A stretch of 64,000 nucleotides of DNA from Rhodothermia bacterium (lineage in GTDB: Bacteria > Bacteroidota > Rhodothermia > Rhodothermales > JAAAOL01). The position numbers and the translations under genes were made by a program. Positions 19,219 through 27,668 of this stretch are shown in pieces. Every line of letters starts with the position of its first letter. Within the stretch, counting starts at the first letter, position 1. Location of the stretch: assembly GCA_030428385.1 (NCBI GenBank), contig JAUIDY010000018.1, positions 474 through 64,473 on the forward strand, in the 5' to 3' direction. The notes under the pieces were generated by a model. That model saw only the letters and a program-made list of their open reading frames with translations, searched no databases and had not been told where the DNA came from.

Positions 19219-19423
19219 TCACTTCCACAGGCGCAGCCCAAAGACGAACTGCATCTCCGGGGCGACCTTCGCCCGTGGCGCGGGCAGCATCGGTGGACGC
19301 GCGAGATTCAGCGATGCTGCCCACGTAAGGAGACACCTCACGTTTGATCTAATAGCGCAGCCGGAGCTGTCCTCTCAGGTTGTTGAACCCGCTGCTGCTG
19401 CCCCAGTCTTCAACCTCCTTAAA
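19219..19423 (-). pseudogene. Remnant of CopB/PcoB outer-membrane copper protein (3' end)
   Basis: Minus strand reads ...SGFNNLRGQLRLRY*IKREVSPYVG...TDAARATGE, then in another frame EMQFVFGLRLWK*; resembles the PcoB-family C-terminus LRLRYEIRREFAPYVG...FVAGVRxWF. Confidence 0.7.
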
Positions 19424-19446
19424 GATCCACTTGTAGAGAATATGCT

Positions 19447-19791
19447 ATGCCATACGTTGTAGCGGAGCCCTGCATCAACTGCAAATACACCGATTGTGTA
19501 GAGGTCTGTCCTGTTGATTGCTTCTACGAGGGTCCTAACTTCCTCGTAATCCACCCAGACGAGTGCATCGACTGTAATGCCTGTGTTCCGGTTTGCCCAG
19601 TAGATGCCATCTACCCAGAGGATGAACTGCCAGATGCATGGGTGCACTACGCGCAGTGGAATGCGTATCTCTCCGGCTTATGGAAAGCACAGGGTTATCA
19701 CATCATGGAAACGAAAGAACAGGGTCCACTACAGGAAGGCTGCACCGAAGAGGTCAAGTCTGAACAGGACATTCTTACTTGGGATGATTAA
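19447..19791 (+). CDS. fdxA: 7Fe (3Fe-4S/4Fe-4S) ferredoxin
   Basis: [19 protein letters not shown] and [12 protein letters not shown] motifs. Confidence 0.92.
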   Translation: MPYVVAEPCINCKYTDCVEVCPVDCFYEGPNFLVIHPDECIDCNACVPVCPVDAIYPEDELPDAWVHYAQWNAYLSGLWKAQGYHIMETKEQGPLQEGCTEEVKSEQDILTWDD

Positions 19792-19869
19792 TGAAAGGCC
19801 GGACAGGCATAAGACGATACTGACTTGTACAAGATTTGAAATAAGGTTGAGGTTTGTATCTTGCCTCGT

Positions 19870-20760
19870 ATGGCAAAGAACGATCAAACCTCAAAGCTCG
19901 CGGATTCAGCGCAACTAATTCGCCATTTTGACGCCCGCGGTTCGGATGAACTGGCGTTTATGGCACGCATGCTGGTGCAGGCCACCCTCCCCCACTCCGA
20001 CCCCGGAAAGGTCGCGGAGTTCAGCCGCGTCAACGGCTCCTATCGGTTGAGTATTCAGCCCGGCGTAGGGGTTGGTGTACCCTATGGTTCCTATCCTCGC
20101 CTCGTGCTGGCCTGGCTCACCACCGAGGCCGTACAGAAAAAATCAAGACGCCTCGTCCTTGGCGATTCGCTCAGCAGCTTCATGGGCGAATTAGGACTCA
20201 TGCCCACCGGCGGCCGCTGGGGTACCATCACGCGCCTACGTGAGCAAATGAAGCGGCTCTTTTCCGCACGTATCGCTGCCATTTACGACGATCAGGATGC
20301 CTTTCAGATGCGCTCGATGGAGGTGGCCACCGACGTTGATCTCTGGTGGAGTCCGAAGCATCCCGATCAGGCCACCATCTTTGAAAGTGTGGTCGTTTTA
20401 GGCGAGCGGTTCTATCGCGCCATTTTGGAGCGACCTGTCCCGATTGACATGCGTGTTTTAAAGGCCCTCAAACGCTCGCCACTGGGCTTAGACCTCTATA
20501 CGTGGCTCACGTACCGAGTGAGCTATTTGGACGCGCCTACGGCGATTTCATGGGACGACCTGCATGAGCAGTTTGGGGCGGACTACAACGACACCAAAAA
20601 CTTCGCCCGGAAATGCAAGCGTGAACTCACCAAAATTGCCCTTGTCTGGCCGGAGTTGAAGTACAAAACACCGCGCGGTCGCCTTGTCCTCTCCCCTACC
20701 CCGCCGCACGTAGCGAAGCTGGGGCCCAAGCTGGAGCAGCAAAACGCTTCACGCTCCTGA
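19870..20760 (+). CDS. repA: Plasmid replication initiator RepA (RepA_C/IncW-like)
   Basis: QATLPHSDP, GVPYGSYPRL, VPIDMRVL..L..SPLGLDLYTWL, ISWDDLHEQFG; iterons directly downstream. Confidence 0.88.
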   Translation: MAKNDQTSKLADSAQLIRHFDARGSDELAFMARMLVQATLPHSDPGKVAEFSRVNGSYRLSIQPGVGVGVPYGSYPRLVLAWLTTEAVQKKSRRLVLGDSLSSFMGELGLMPTGGRWGTITRLREQMKRLFSARIAAIYDDQDAFQMRSMEVATDVDLWWSPKHPDQATIFESVVVLGERFYRAILERPVPIDMRVLKALKRSPLGLDLYTWLTYRVSYLDAPTAISWDDLHEQFGADYNDTKNFARKCKRELTKIALVWPELKYKTPRGRLVLSPTPPHVAKLGPKLEQQNASRS

Positions 20761-20774
20761 TCTCACATTATTTA

Positions 20775-20912
20775 TGTGGATAAGCGGGTTTTCTAAAAGT
20801 TATCCACGCATAAACGGTACACCAAGCCTACGCATAAACGGTACACCAACACCCCTATTTTCACGCATAAACGGTACACCATCCTGTAATAAGTAATTTA
20901 ATACCTGTAATA
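20775..20912. repeat. Iteron origin 1 (DnaA boxes, 3 iterons, AT-rich tract)
   Basis: TGTGGATAA 20775, TTATCCACG 20800; ACGCATAAACGGTACACCA at 20806, 20830, 20863; AT-rich CCTGTAATA x2. Confidence 0.88.
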
Positions 20913-21209
20913 GAATCCCTTTTCGTGTGGAAAACCCCTTCTCAGCGTTTCCGGCATTTCCCCATCGACACCGCCCTCGCGAACGAGAATTTAAAAGGCT
21001 TATAAGGGACTCCGTTATTGCAAGGGAGACTTTACAATAACGGAAATAGACCACCCTACCTTGTAGGCATCCCTGTTTTTCTTGTGCTGCCCCTCCCCTG
21101 GTATACTCTCCTGTAGCACCGGCTCTTTAACCAACGGGGGGCTTTCAGTGCGGCAAACACCAAAAGCCCCGATCCCCCTAACCACCGCTATGACAGATAG
21201 GAGGTTTTC

Positions 21210-21701
21210 ATGGCTACGAAATCTACGGGGAGAAGTGCCTACCAGCTCGCGCTTTTTTCCCACCTCCCCTTCTACACCACCCGCCTTGTTTGCGAGCAGC
21301 ACTTCCCTTTTTGCGACCGCTTGCGCGTCACTACACCGGAAGAAATAGCCCTCTTTCTCATGGACTACTTTGCAGACAAAGACCGGGAAGAATTCCTCGT
21401 TGTGCTGCTCGACACCGCCAACACCGTGTTCGGGCTGGTGCAGGTCAGCGTCGGCGGCCTTGCGGCAAGCATCGTAGAACCACGGCAGGTTTTTAAGACG
21501 GCTATTCTTTCCAATGCGGCCGCGGTCATCCTGGCGCATCAGCATCCCAGTCAGAATCCCGAACCCAGCCGTGAGGACATCCGCATCACGCAGCAACTCG
21601 TAGAGGCAGGTAAGCTGATGGGGATTCCCGTCCACGATCATTTGATCATAGCGGGAGCTACCTACACCAGCCTCAGAGAGCGAGGACTTATGAACACATA
21701 A
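21210..21701 (+). CDS. radC: RadC-like JAB-domain protein (short mobile-element form)
   Basis: REEF, PRQVFK, HQHPS...PSRED, VHDHLII. Confidence 0.92.
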   Translation: MATKSTGRSAYQLALFSHLPFYTTRLVCEQHFPFCDRLRVTTPEEIALFLMDYFADKDREEFLVVLLDTANTVFGLVQVSVGGLAASIVEPRQVFKTAILSNAAAVILAHQHPSQNPEPSREDIRITQQLVEAGKLMGIPVHDHLIIAGATYTSLRERGLMNT

Positions 21702-21730
21702 TCTGCGCTCGCCCTTATGAGGTCCCGCTC

Positions 21731-21768
21731 AAAAGCCCACCAGCGACCATCGCCGGTGGGTCTTTTTT
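21731..21768. terminator. Bidirectional intrinsic terminator
   Basis: AAAAGCCCACCAGCGA-CCA-TCGCCGGTGGGTCTTTTTT between convergent genes. Confidence 0.75.
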
Positions 21769-21815
21769 ATTCGATGACGAGGCACCGATCCTCGTGCCTT
21801 CTGATTTGAAACGAA

Positions 21816-22085
21816 CTACCCTTCTCCCCTACCCTGAAGCGCTGCATAGGCAGCCTCGGCTAACCACTGGTTGCGGGATATCGAGATGGGACGTTTGGCA
21901 ATGGCCTCGTCGATCTCACGTACGAGGTTTGTTGGAAGCCGAACGGTGATTTTCTGAATATCATCGACCGGTGCCTTTTCTTCGCCACCGGCGTGCGACC
22001 CCCCTTTCTCAATCAGCGCGTCTACATCGACGCCGGATGATTTTTGATCCGGTGTGTTTTTGCTTGCTTTGCGTCCAATAGCCAT
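21816..22085 (-). CDS. Ribbon-helix-helix centromere-binding protein (type Ib ParB/ParG-like)
   Basis: Downstream of parA; KITVRLP...REIDEAI...SRNQWLAEA. Confidence 0.8.
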   Translation of the reverse strand: MAIGRKASKNTPDQKSSGVDVDALIEKGGSHAGGEEKAPVDDIQKITVRLPTNLVREIDEAIAKRPISISRNQWLAEAAYAALQGRGEG

Positions 22086-22094
22086 AGGTTAGCT

Positions 22095-22160
22095 TGATGT
22101 CGTTGTGAGGTCACAATAAGGTCATGTTGGTGTCACTATGCCACTGATGTGACCTCATTT
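22095..22160. repeat. parS-like 11-bp tandem repeats (second array)
   Basis: TGATGTCGTTG TGAGGTCACAA TAAGGTCATGT TGGTGTCACTA plus degenerate units. Confidence 0.7.
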
Positions 22161-22789
22161 AAGTGCCGAAACAAGGTCTCTACCTCGTGAATGGCTTTTT
22201 TGTCTTTTGGCTTGTATTCCACAACACCGAGACCTTCAGCGACTGCGGTCGCAAATGCTTTGCGATTGCCCAGGTAGGCCGGGATAAAACCAAGCACGTC
22301 AGATTCTTGCAGAAAGGCCGCGGCCTCGTCGTTGTCACTCCCCTGATGATCGGCGCGGTTGATAAAGGCAAAGGCTCGCAGGCCAGGGTTCGCCGGGGTC
22401 ATTTCTTCGATGAGATGTTCGACGTGTTCAAATGTCCACACATCGAGCGAGCGCGGTGCAAACGGAACGAGCAGGATATCGGCTACTGTCAGCGCGGCGC
22501 GTTGACTGACCGTATCCCGACCACCGGTGTCGATGATGATATCGTCGTACTTATCCTTCAGGCGAAGCACCTGGTCGCGTACCGCCTTCCCTGTTAGCTT
22601 GATGCTTGTATAGCCGGGATCACCTCCAAAGCGCTCGCTACGAAGCGCGGTGAAGTCCGTAGCGCTTTCCTGATCATCGGCATCGATGAGGAGGACATCC
22701 CGATCTGCAAGCGAGGACATTACGGCAAGGTTGGTTGCAACGAGGGTCTTCCCTACTCCCCCTTTAATTCCGCCCGATACGATTATCAT
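22136..22789 (-). CDS. parA: ParA-family partition ATPase (type Ib)
   Basis: Deviant Walker A KGGVGKT, IDAD, IIIDTGG; 217 aa with no N-terminal HTH. Confidence 0.95.
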   Translation of the reverse strand: MIIVSGGIKGGVGKTLVATNLAVMSSLADRDVLLIDADDQESATDFTALRSERFGGDPGYTSIKLTGKAVRDQVLRLKDKYDDIIIDTGGRDTVSQRAALTVADILLVPFAPRSLDVWTFEHVEHLIEEMTPANPGLRAFAFINRADHQGSDNDEAAAFLQESDVLGFIPAYLGNRKAFATAVAEGLGVVEYKPKDKKAIHEVETLFRHLNEVTSVA

Positions 22790-22792
22790 GTG

Positions 22793-22869
22793 TGATGCCA
22801 GAATGAGGTCACAATGGGGTCAATATGTTGTCTTGTTGCCATCAATATAAGGTCATTATAGGGCCAGTG
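22793..22869. repeat. parS-like 11-bp tandem repeats upstream of parA
   Basis: TGATGCCAGAA TGAGGTCACAA TGGGGTCAATA TGTTGTCTTGT TGCCATCAATA TAAGGTCATTA TAGGGCCAGTG. Confidence 0.75.
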
Positions 22870-22906
22870 CAATTCCTGGTTAGCACTTATGTATCCTTCC
22901 CAATCA

Positions 22907-22935
22907 TTGACAACTCGTTCAAGGCCAGGTACGCT
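22907..22935 (+). promoter_or_regulatory. Sigma70-type promoter
   Basis: TTGACA-17 bp-TACGCT. Confidence 0.6.
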
Positions 22936-23100
22936 TGGGGGTAGGTAAGCTCCCATGGCCTACCGCACTTCCCTCCCCTGTTTCCCTGAGCTTGACAGGA
23001 AGCATAGCACGTAGATATGGCTTAACAGCAATGCTTTCCAGGCCTTCCTGCTTCGCTTCCCCAGGGAACAGTGGGAAGCGAAGGGGAGCGTGATTATCAT

Positions 23101-23802
23101 ATGAATGGATTTCAGCACAGCATTGAAGACATCGCAGAAGCGACCGGTTTAACGCGGAAATACATCGACCGCTGTTATCAGTTGATGCCTTTCTTGGAGG
23201 CCTACCGGCGCATGGCCGCTGACGAAAACAAGTATTATTACAACAGCGGAGCCTTTGACGTTTTTCAGCAGATCGCTTCTTTAAAAGCGCAGCACAACAA
23301 TCGCCAGCAGATAAAAGAAATCCTCGAATCGTCGGGGCTAGGAAACCAAGGGGAAGCTGAGGAAGAGGGGAGGGAAGAGCAGGGAAGTGCCATGGAAAGT
23401 CTGGAAATGGAACCCGCCTCGGTACAGCCACCACCAGACACAAAGCTCTGGATCGATGCGCTTCAGACGTCAAGCCGCCAGGCTATCGACGCACTTAGAG
23501 AAGCGATGGCCGCAAAGGATGTCGTGATCGAAGAGAAAGACTCCAGAATCCACGCCCTTGAAGACCGTATTCTGGCACTACCAGATGGCCGCACCCCTGA
23601 AGAAATCAAGGCGGGGCTTGCCGAGAAAGAACGGCAGGAACAGGAAATCGAAGCCCTGAAAAAAAAGGTAGGGGAGGAGCAGGGACGCGCTGCCGAGCGC
23701 AAGCGGCTAATAGGAGCGTTGGAGCAGCTTCCCACCTGGGGAAAGCGCAAGCAAAAGAAAGAACTTCTTTCTGCCATCAAGGCCCTCGATGGGCAGACCT
23801 AG
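23101..23802 (+). CDS. HTH plus coiled-coil plasmid protein
   Basis: MerR-like N-terminal HTH (SIEDIAEATGLTRKYI), acidic linker, heptad-rich C-terminus. Confidence 0.75.
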   Translation: MNGFQHSIEDIAEATGLTRKYIDRCYQLMPFLEAYRRMAADENKYYYNSGAFDVFQQIASLKAQHNNRQQIKEILESSGLGNQGEAEEEGREEQGSAMESLEMEPASVQPPPDTKLWIDALQTSSRQAIDALREAMAAKDVVIEEKDSRIHALEDRILALPDGRTPEEIKAGLAEKERQEQEIEALKKKVGEEQGRAAERKRLIGALEQLPTWGKRKQKKELLSAIKALDGQT

Positions 23803-23803
23803 A

Positions 23804-23928
23804 ATGATCGTGCTTTTGAGTTCAAAGTATTTACATGATCGTGCTTTTGGGTTCAAAAAGAGGCCAGATGATCGTGCTTTTGAGTTCAAAACATCGTGCT
23901 TTTGAGTTCAAAAAAGGCCTGTGGATAA
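23804..23928. repeat. Iteron origin 2 (4 iterons + DnaA box)
   Basis: ATGATCGTGCTTTTGRGTTCAAA at 23804, 23835, 23868; 20-bp copy at 23893; TGTGGATAA at 23920. Confidence 0.88.
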
Positions 23929-24039
23929 CCGGGGAAAGTCGCCCAGCCTTGCCCGTTTTATTCCTTGAAGTAGGGAAGCCTCACGTATATCTCACTACTC
24001 GTCTTTCACTAACGTAAAGGGAAATGATAGAATGGGTCT

Positions 24040-25251
24040 ATGAAGCAGAAAGACCCTGAAACCACAAAAAAAGGAAAGTGCGGGGTTGTTCGACTAGAGC
24101 GCAATGTAGACAGCTTGCCCATCTGGGCGCCCAAAGCCTACGCAGGCATGTTAGAGCGGACGTATACGCTTTCCTGGAAAGGGGAGGGGGCAGAAGTACA
24201 GGTGATGGCACTTCCGAAATATGGACAACTCCGGTCACTCGACAAACTCGTACTCACGGCGCTTATTTATTTGTGGAACGAACAAGGCCGTAGGGCAGAT
24301 GGCCGCATTGCATTTCAGATTGCTGGACTCATCAAGCTACTAGGGCACAGTCATCAAGGCGGGCGGGTGTACCGGCGCATCAAGCAAAGCCTTCGCCGCC
24401 TCAAACATACCGGCCTCCAGTTCATCAACTGTTTTTATGACAAACAAGAAGAGACCTACAAGACCACACGGGATACCAACATCCTCTATGAACTGCTTAT
24501 CGTGGAGCCCAAAAAAGACCAAACGGGGTATGAATGGACCGTTGCGTATCTCAACCTTGATGTAGCAAACAACCTGCTCGGCAATTACACCCGGCCCATT
24601 TCGTTGCCGCTACTTCTCCGCCTAAGCGAACGCGGTATTCTGTTCGAGTCCTACATAAACGGCGTGCTTTGGCGCAGGCCGGTGATTACAAAAGACGTCT
24701 TTGAACTGTGGCAAGAGCTTGGACTCAGCACAAAAGGATACGGGTACGGATCACGCCTTGCAGCGAAGATGCGCGTGGATCTGGATACCATTGCCGCAGC
24801 CTCAAGTAGCTTGTTGGAGCGCTATGAATTCTCGGATTCAAAGACCAGGGCGCGAAGCAAGAATCTTGTGTTGTACCGCAAAGCACGTATGCCAAGGCTG
24901 CCCCGTTCCTCTTATGGAGACGAGGCATTGGATGAAGTGGATATTCAGGTGGAGCAAATTCGCTCGATGCTCCGGGACGCCAGCAACAATGATTCAAACA
25001 TTCGGCGCATTGCTGAGCGCATGCCTGCTCCGGTGATCGACAAAGGCGTATTTGATGCCTGGGGACGCTACCGTGACCGGCAGACCTCCAACCCGGCAGC
25101 GTATTTTGTCGGCATCATGAAAAAGAAAGCGATTGAGCTCGATATTGATCTTGGGATGGGTCGGAGATCAAAGCAGGAGGGAGGACGAGGTGAAATCCAG
25201 CATGCCCTGGAGACGCCCTCAGATTGCCGTGGTGAAGACGTTGTCCGCTAG
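24040..25251 (+). CDS. Second plasmid replication initiator (winged-helix Rep-like)
   Basis: Follows iterons; DKLVLTAL...F.IAGLIKLLG..GGRVYRRIKQSLRRL; C-terminal NPAAYF. Confidence 0.75.
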   Translation: MKQKDPETTKKGKCGVVRLERNVDSLPIWAPKAYAGMLERTYTLSWKGEGAEVQVMALPKYGQLRSLDKLVLTALIYLWNEQGRRADGRIAFQIAGLIKLLGHSHQGGRVYRRIKQSLRRLKHTGLQFINCFYDKQEETYKTTRDTNILYELLIVEPKKDQTGYEWTVAYLNLDVANNLLGNYTRPISLPLLLRLSERGILFESYINGVLWRRPVITKDVFELWQELGLSTKGYGYGSRLAAKMRVDLDTIAAASSSLLERYEFSDSKTRARSKNLVLYRKARMPRLPRSSYGDEALDEVDIQVEQIRSMLRDASNNDSNIRRIAERMPAPVIDKGVFDAWGRYRDRQTSNPAAYFVGIMKKKAIELDIDLGMGRRSKQEGGRGEIQHALETPSDCRGEDVVR

Positions 25252-25400
25252 ACGCGGGTCACCACCTTTTCGGTCAAAACTCATTGCCAGACTCCGATTA
25301 GAAGGTGAAGAGGTTAATACGTAAACGGGATTTGGGCATTTTAGAGAAAGACTATATTTTTGTTTAATCTGAATATCAGCACAAAACTTTTTTACCAGCA

Positions 25401-25739
25401 ATGTCTGAATTGAACTTCGTTTTCCCTGATCCCCGAGAAAAATTTATTCTAGTCGAGGAGTATAGCGGCTGGAAACTCCAAGGGAGGCATATCAAAAGCT
25501 TGCCGGAAGGACGACGTACAAAATATTCCCTATGGGTAGAGAATGAAGTAGCAACATTCTTTGTCGATGTTGAATCCCCAAAGGTGGTTTTAATTCCTTT
25601 GGGCCGCGAAGAAGAGTGGGAGGAGTTGTTGAAATATCAAGCTGTCCTCAAAGCAAAGGAATTAATAGAAGCGGGTGAATTCGGATCAGGAGAGACATAT
25701 ACGTACAATTTTGCCGATCTGATTGAACCTGAGAGCTAG
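25401..25739 (+). CDS. Hypothetical protein
   Basis: 112-aa ORF in a low-GC patch with no competing ORF. Confidence 0.6.
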   Translation: MSELNFVFPDPREKFILVEEYSGWKLQGRHIKSLPEGRRTKYSLWVENEVATFFVDVESPKVVLIPLGREEEWEELLKYQAVLKAKELIEAGEFGSGETYTYNFADLIEPES

Positions 25740-25760
25740 GGTGCCCACAAAAGAAACCGA

Positions 25761-25797
25761 TGTCAAAGATTGACATTGAAGCAAGTGGGTATATACT
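25761..25797 (+). promoter_or_regulatory. TA promoter with palindromic operator
   Basis: TGTCAA-AGA-TTGACA palindrome overlapping -35; TATACT 16 bp later. Confidence 0.65.
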
Positions 25798-25824
25798 GGA
25801 GCTATGACAACCAAGGTACAAGCC

Positions 25825-26085
25825 ATGAATGTATCACTAACGCCGCAGCTCGAAGCCTTTGTGCGCGAGTTGGTTGGTTCGGGGCGGTACAACTCTGCCA
25901 GTGAGGTGGTACGCGAAGCGCTGCGTTTTGCCCAGGAGCGGGAGCAGGTGCGTGCCATTAAGCTAGAAGCACTACGCGAAGAAATCCGCAGAGGTCTTGA
26001 AAGCCCGTCGCTCGGGGAGTGGGATGTCGAGGCGTTCTTGAACGAAGCCCGTGAGACCTTCGCCGAGGGTAACGTAGCAACCTGA
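25825..26085 (+). CDS. parD: ParD-family RHH antitoxin
   Basis: MNVSLTP...SGRYNSASEVVREALR. Confidence 0.92.
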   Translation: MNVSLTPQLEAFVRELVGSGRYNSASEVVREALRFAQEREQVRAIKLEALREEIRRGLESPSLGEWDVEAFLNEARETFAEGNVAT

Positions 26086-26390
26086 TGGGCCGCATTGAAC
26101 GAAGACAACAGGCTAACCTTGACCTGTACGACATCTGGGAGCACATCGCACGGGAAAACAGCGCGGCGGCTGATAACGTCATCCGTCGCATCCACAGGAC
26201 ACTTCAAAAGCTCGCCGATATGCCAGGGTTAGGACGCACTCGCAGAGAACTTGCCCCTAACCTCCGCAGCTTCGTCGTCATGCAATTTGTGGTTTACTAC
26301 GTGCCTCTTATAGATGGCATAGAAGTGGTTCGGGTACTCCATAGCAGGCAGGACGTGGACGATGCCTTTGGATTTGAATCCGATGAATAG
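26085..26390 (+). CDS. parE: ParE/RelE-family toxin
   Basis: DLYDIWEHIARE, PGLGRTRREL, IEVVRVLHSRQD; overlaps parD stop. Confidence 0.92.
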   Translation: MGRIERRQQANLDLYDIWEHIARENSAAADNVIRRIHRTLQKLADMPGLGRTRRELAPNLRSFVVMQFVVYYVPLIDGIEVVRVLHSRQDVDDAFGFESDE

Positions 26391-26418
26391 AAAAAACCCG
26401 GCTATGCAGTCGGGTTTT
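26391..26418. terminator. Bidirectional intrinsic terminator
   Basis: AAAAAACCCGGCT-ATGC-AGTCGGGTTTT. Confidence 0.75.
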
Positions 26419-26432
26419 GTGTTTGGTGCAAG

Positions 26433-26741
26433 TCAATACTCTAGGGGCAAGAGCATCGTCCAGTAGTCGTAATCTGTGAGCTGCTCTTCCGTGAACTCAC
26501 CGGAGCGCTTCATGCGGCCGCTAAGCTGGCAAATGCACCAGACCACGCGGCCATCATCAGACTCGTAGACTTGCAGGTAATCAACACCGTTCTCTGCTTC
26601 CACAACGTGTAAGAGATCACGGTAGATTTCAGCGATTTCGGGCGATGTGAGCGCGTTTGCGACCCCCTGTGTGATCACGCCCCGGCCGTCGAAGTGATAA
26701 TCGCCTTCGCATTCTTGCAGCTTTCGTGTCCATGTTGCCAT
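26433..26741 (-). CDS. Small plasmid protein (DUF960-like)
   Basis: ITQGV...DYLQVY...TMLLPLEY; AGGAG upstream. Confidence 0.65.
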   Translation of the reverse strand: MATWTRKLQECEGDYHFDGRGVITQGVANALTSPEIAEIYRDLLHVVEAENGVDYLQVYESDDGRVVWCICQLSGRMKRSGEFTEEQLTDYDYWTMLLPLEY

Positions 26742-26831
26742 TGCCTTTTGTCTCCTTTGGCCTGTGGAACTGTTCCAGCGTCCAGTATGAGGGAAGGGGA
26801 GCAGACGTCAAGCAGGAGACATCAAGGTTGG

Positions 26832-27032
26832 CTATGCGTGGATGTCGGATGGTTCGCCGTGTTCGCGAAGCACCACCCGGCCGCTTAGGGGCAAGGCATC
26901 AAGCATGATCGACAGGCCTTTGCCATCGCTGTGCATCCAGGCGGCCCCGATCTTTGTCCAGCTACCATTTGCCTCGTCCTCCTGCACTACATAGGCGATA
27001 TAGGAGGGCTTGTTGGTTGGGTTGTTTTCCAT
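26832..27032 (-). CDS. Small conserved mobile-element protein (DUF736-like motif)
   Basis: WTKIGAAW.H.DGKGLSI.LDALP..GRVVLR. Confidence 0.7.
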   Translation of the reverse strand: MENNPTNKPSYIAYVVQEDEANGSWTKIGAAWMHSDGKGLSIMLDALPLSGRVVLREHGEPSDIHA

Positions 27033-27103
27033 AGACGTATGTAAAAACTGATAACGAGCGCTATTAGGCTCAGCAGTCAGTATAGCATGAACGCGGCAAA
27101 TGG

Positions 27104-27497
27104 TCGGTGCTCTCAGATGCCGGGCATCCACCAGCACCGATGCGGGCAAGGCCCGCAGGTATGAAGTGGGCTATTCCAACCTGTTTCCATACGCCACTTC
27201 ATACCTAAAAACGAGGAAAAGCCCGATGGGCTTTGCTGTTTTCTTTTTGCGCCGTCGGTCGCTCCGCTCCCGACTTCGACCCGCTTCCACCTCCTTCGCT
27301 GCTTACTACCCGTGCGCTACTTCGGACACAGGCACTCCGCTGACGCTGCGTGGGTGGACGACGCGTTGCTTGGACGAGGCGTGCTCTTTTGCCAGATCCA
27401 GCCGAACGCCTCGCCAGCGTGCCGAAGTCGGGAGCTTGTCGCCCCGCACACCTCACCTACGTTCGGGATGCGTGGCAACCCCGACGGCGCAAAAAGA
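27104..27497. other. Multi-hairpin non-coding element (ssi/Frpo-like or structured RNA)
   Basis: Perfect inverted repeats 27242-58/27481-97 (17 bp), 27266-78/27423-35 (13 bp), 27157-69/27194-206 (13 bp), 27104-11/27133-40, 27375-82/27406-13. Confidence 0.7.
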
Positions 27498-27668
27498 GGG
27501 ACCGCACTTGCGTGCGCGCAGGAGTTATCCACGGATGCGCTAAGACAACGCGCGTGTGCTACACTAGAGGCTCAAAAAAACGAAAGGCTCCGAAGTATAC
27601 GTCAGCCCCGTTTATGTGCCGTGCTGGCCCCACACAAGCCCATGTACGGCTCGTTTTGGGGTTGTCTT

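Noticed and set aside
20806-20881. Direct repeats as a mini CRISPR array
   Set aside because: Spacers are only 5 and 14 nt, no cas genes are present, and the repeats sit beside Rep and DnaA boxes: these are iterons
23804-23912. 23-bp repeats as a CRISPR array
   Set aside because: Spacers are 2-10 nt and the repeats are next to a Rep gene and a DnaA box
27312-27668. 119-aa N-terminal extension of ATPase 1
   Set aside because: Low-complexity translation running through the hairpin region; ATG 27669 fits the domain start
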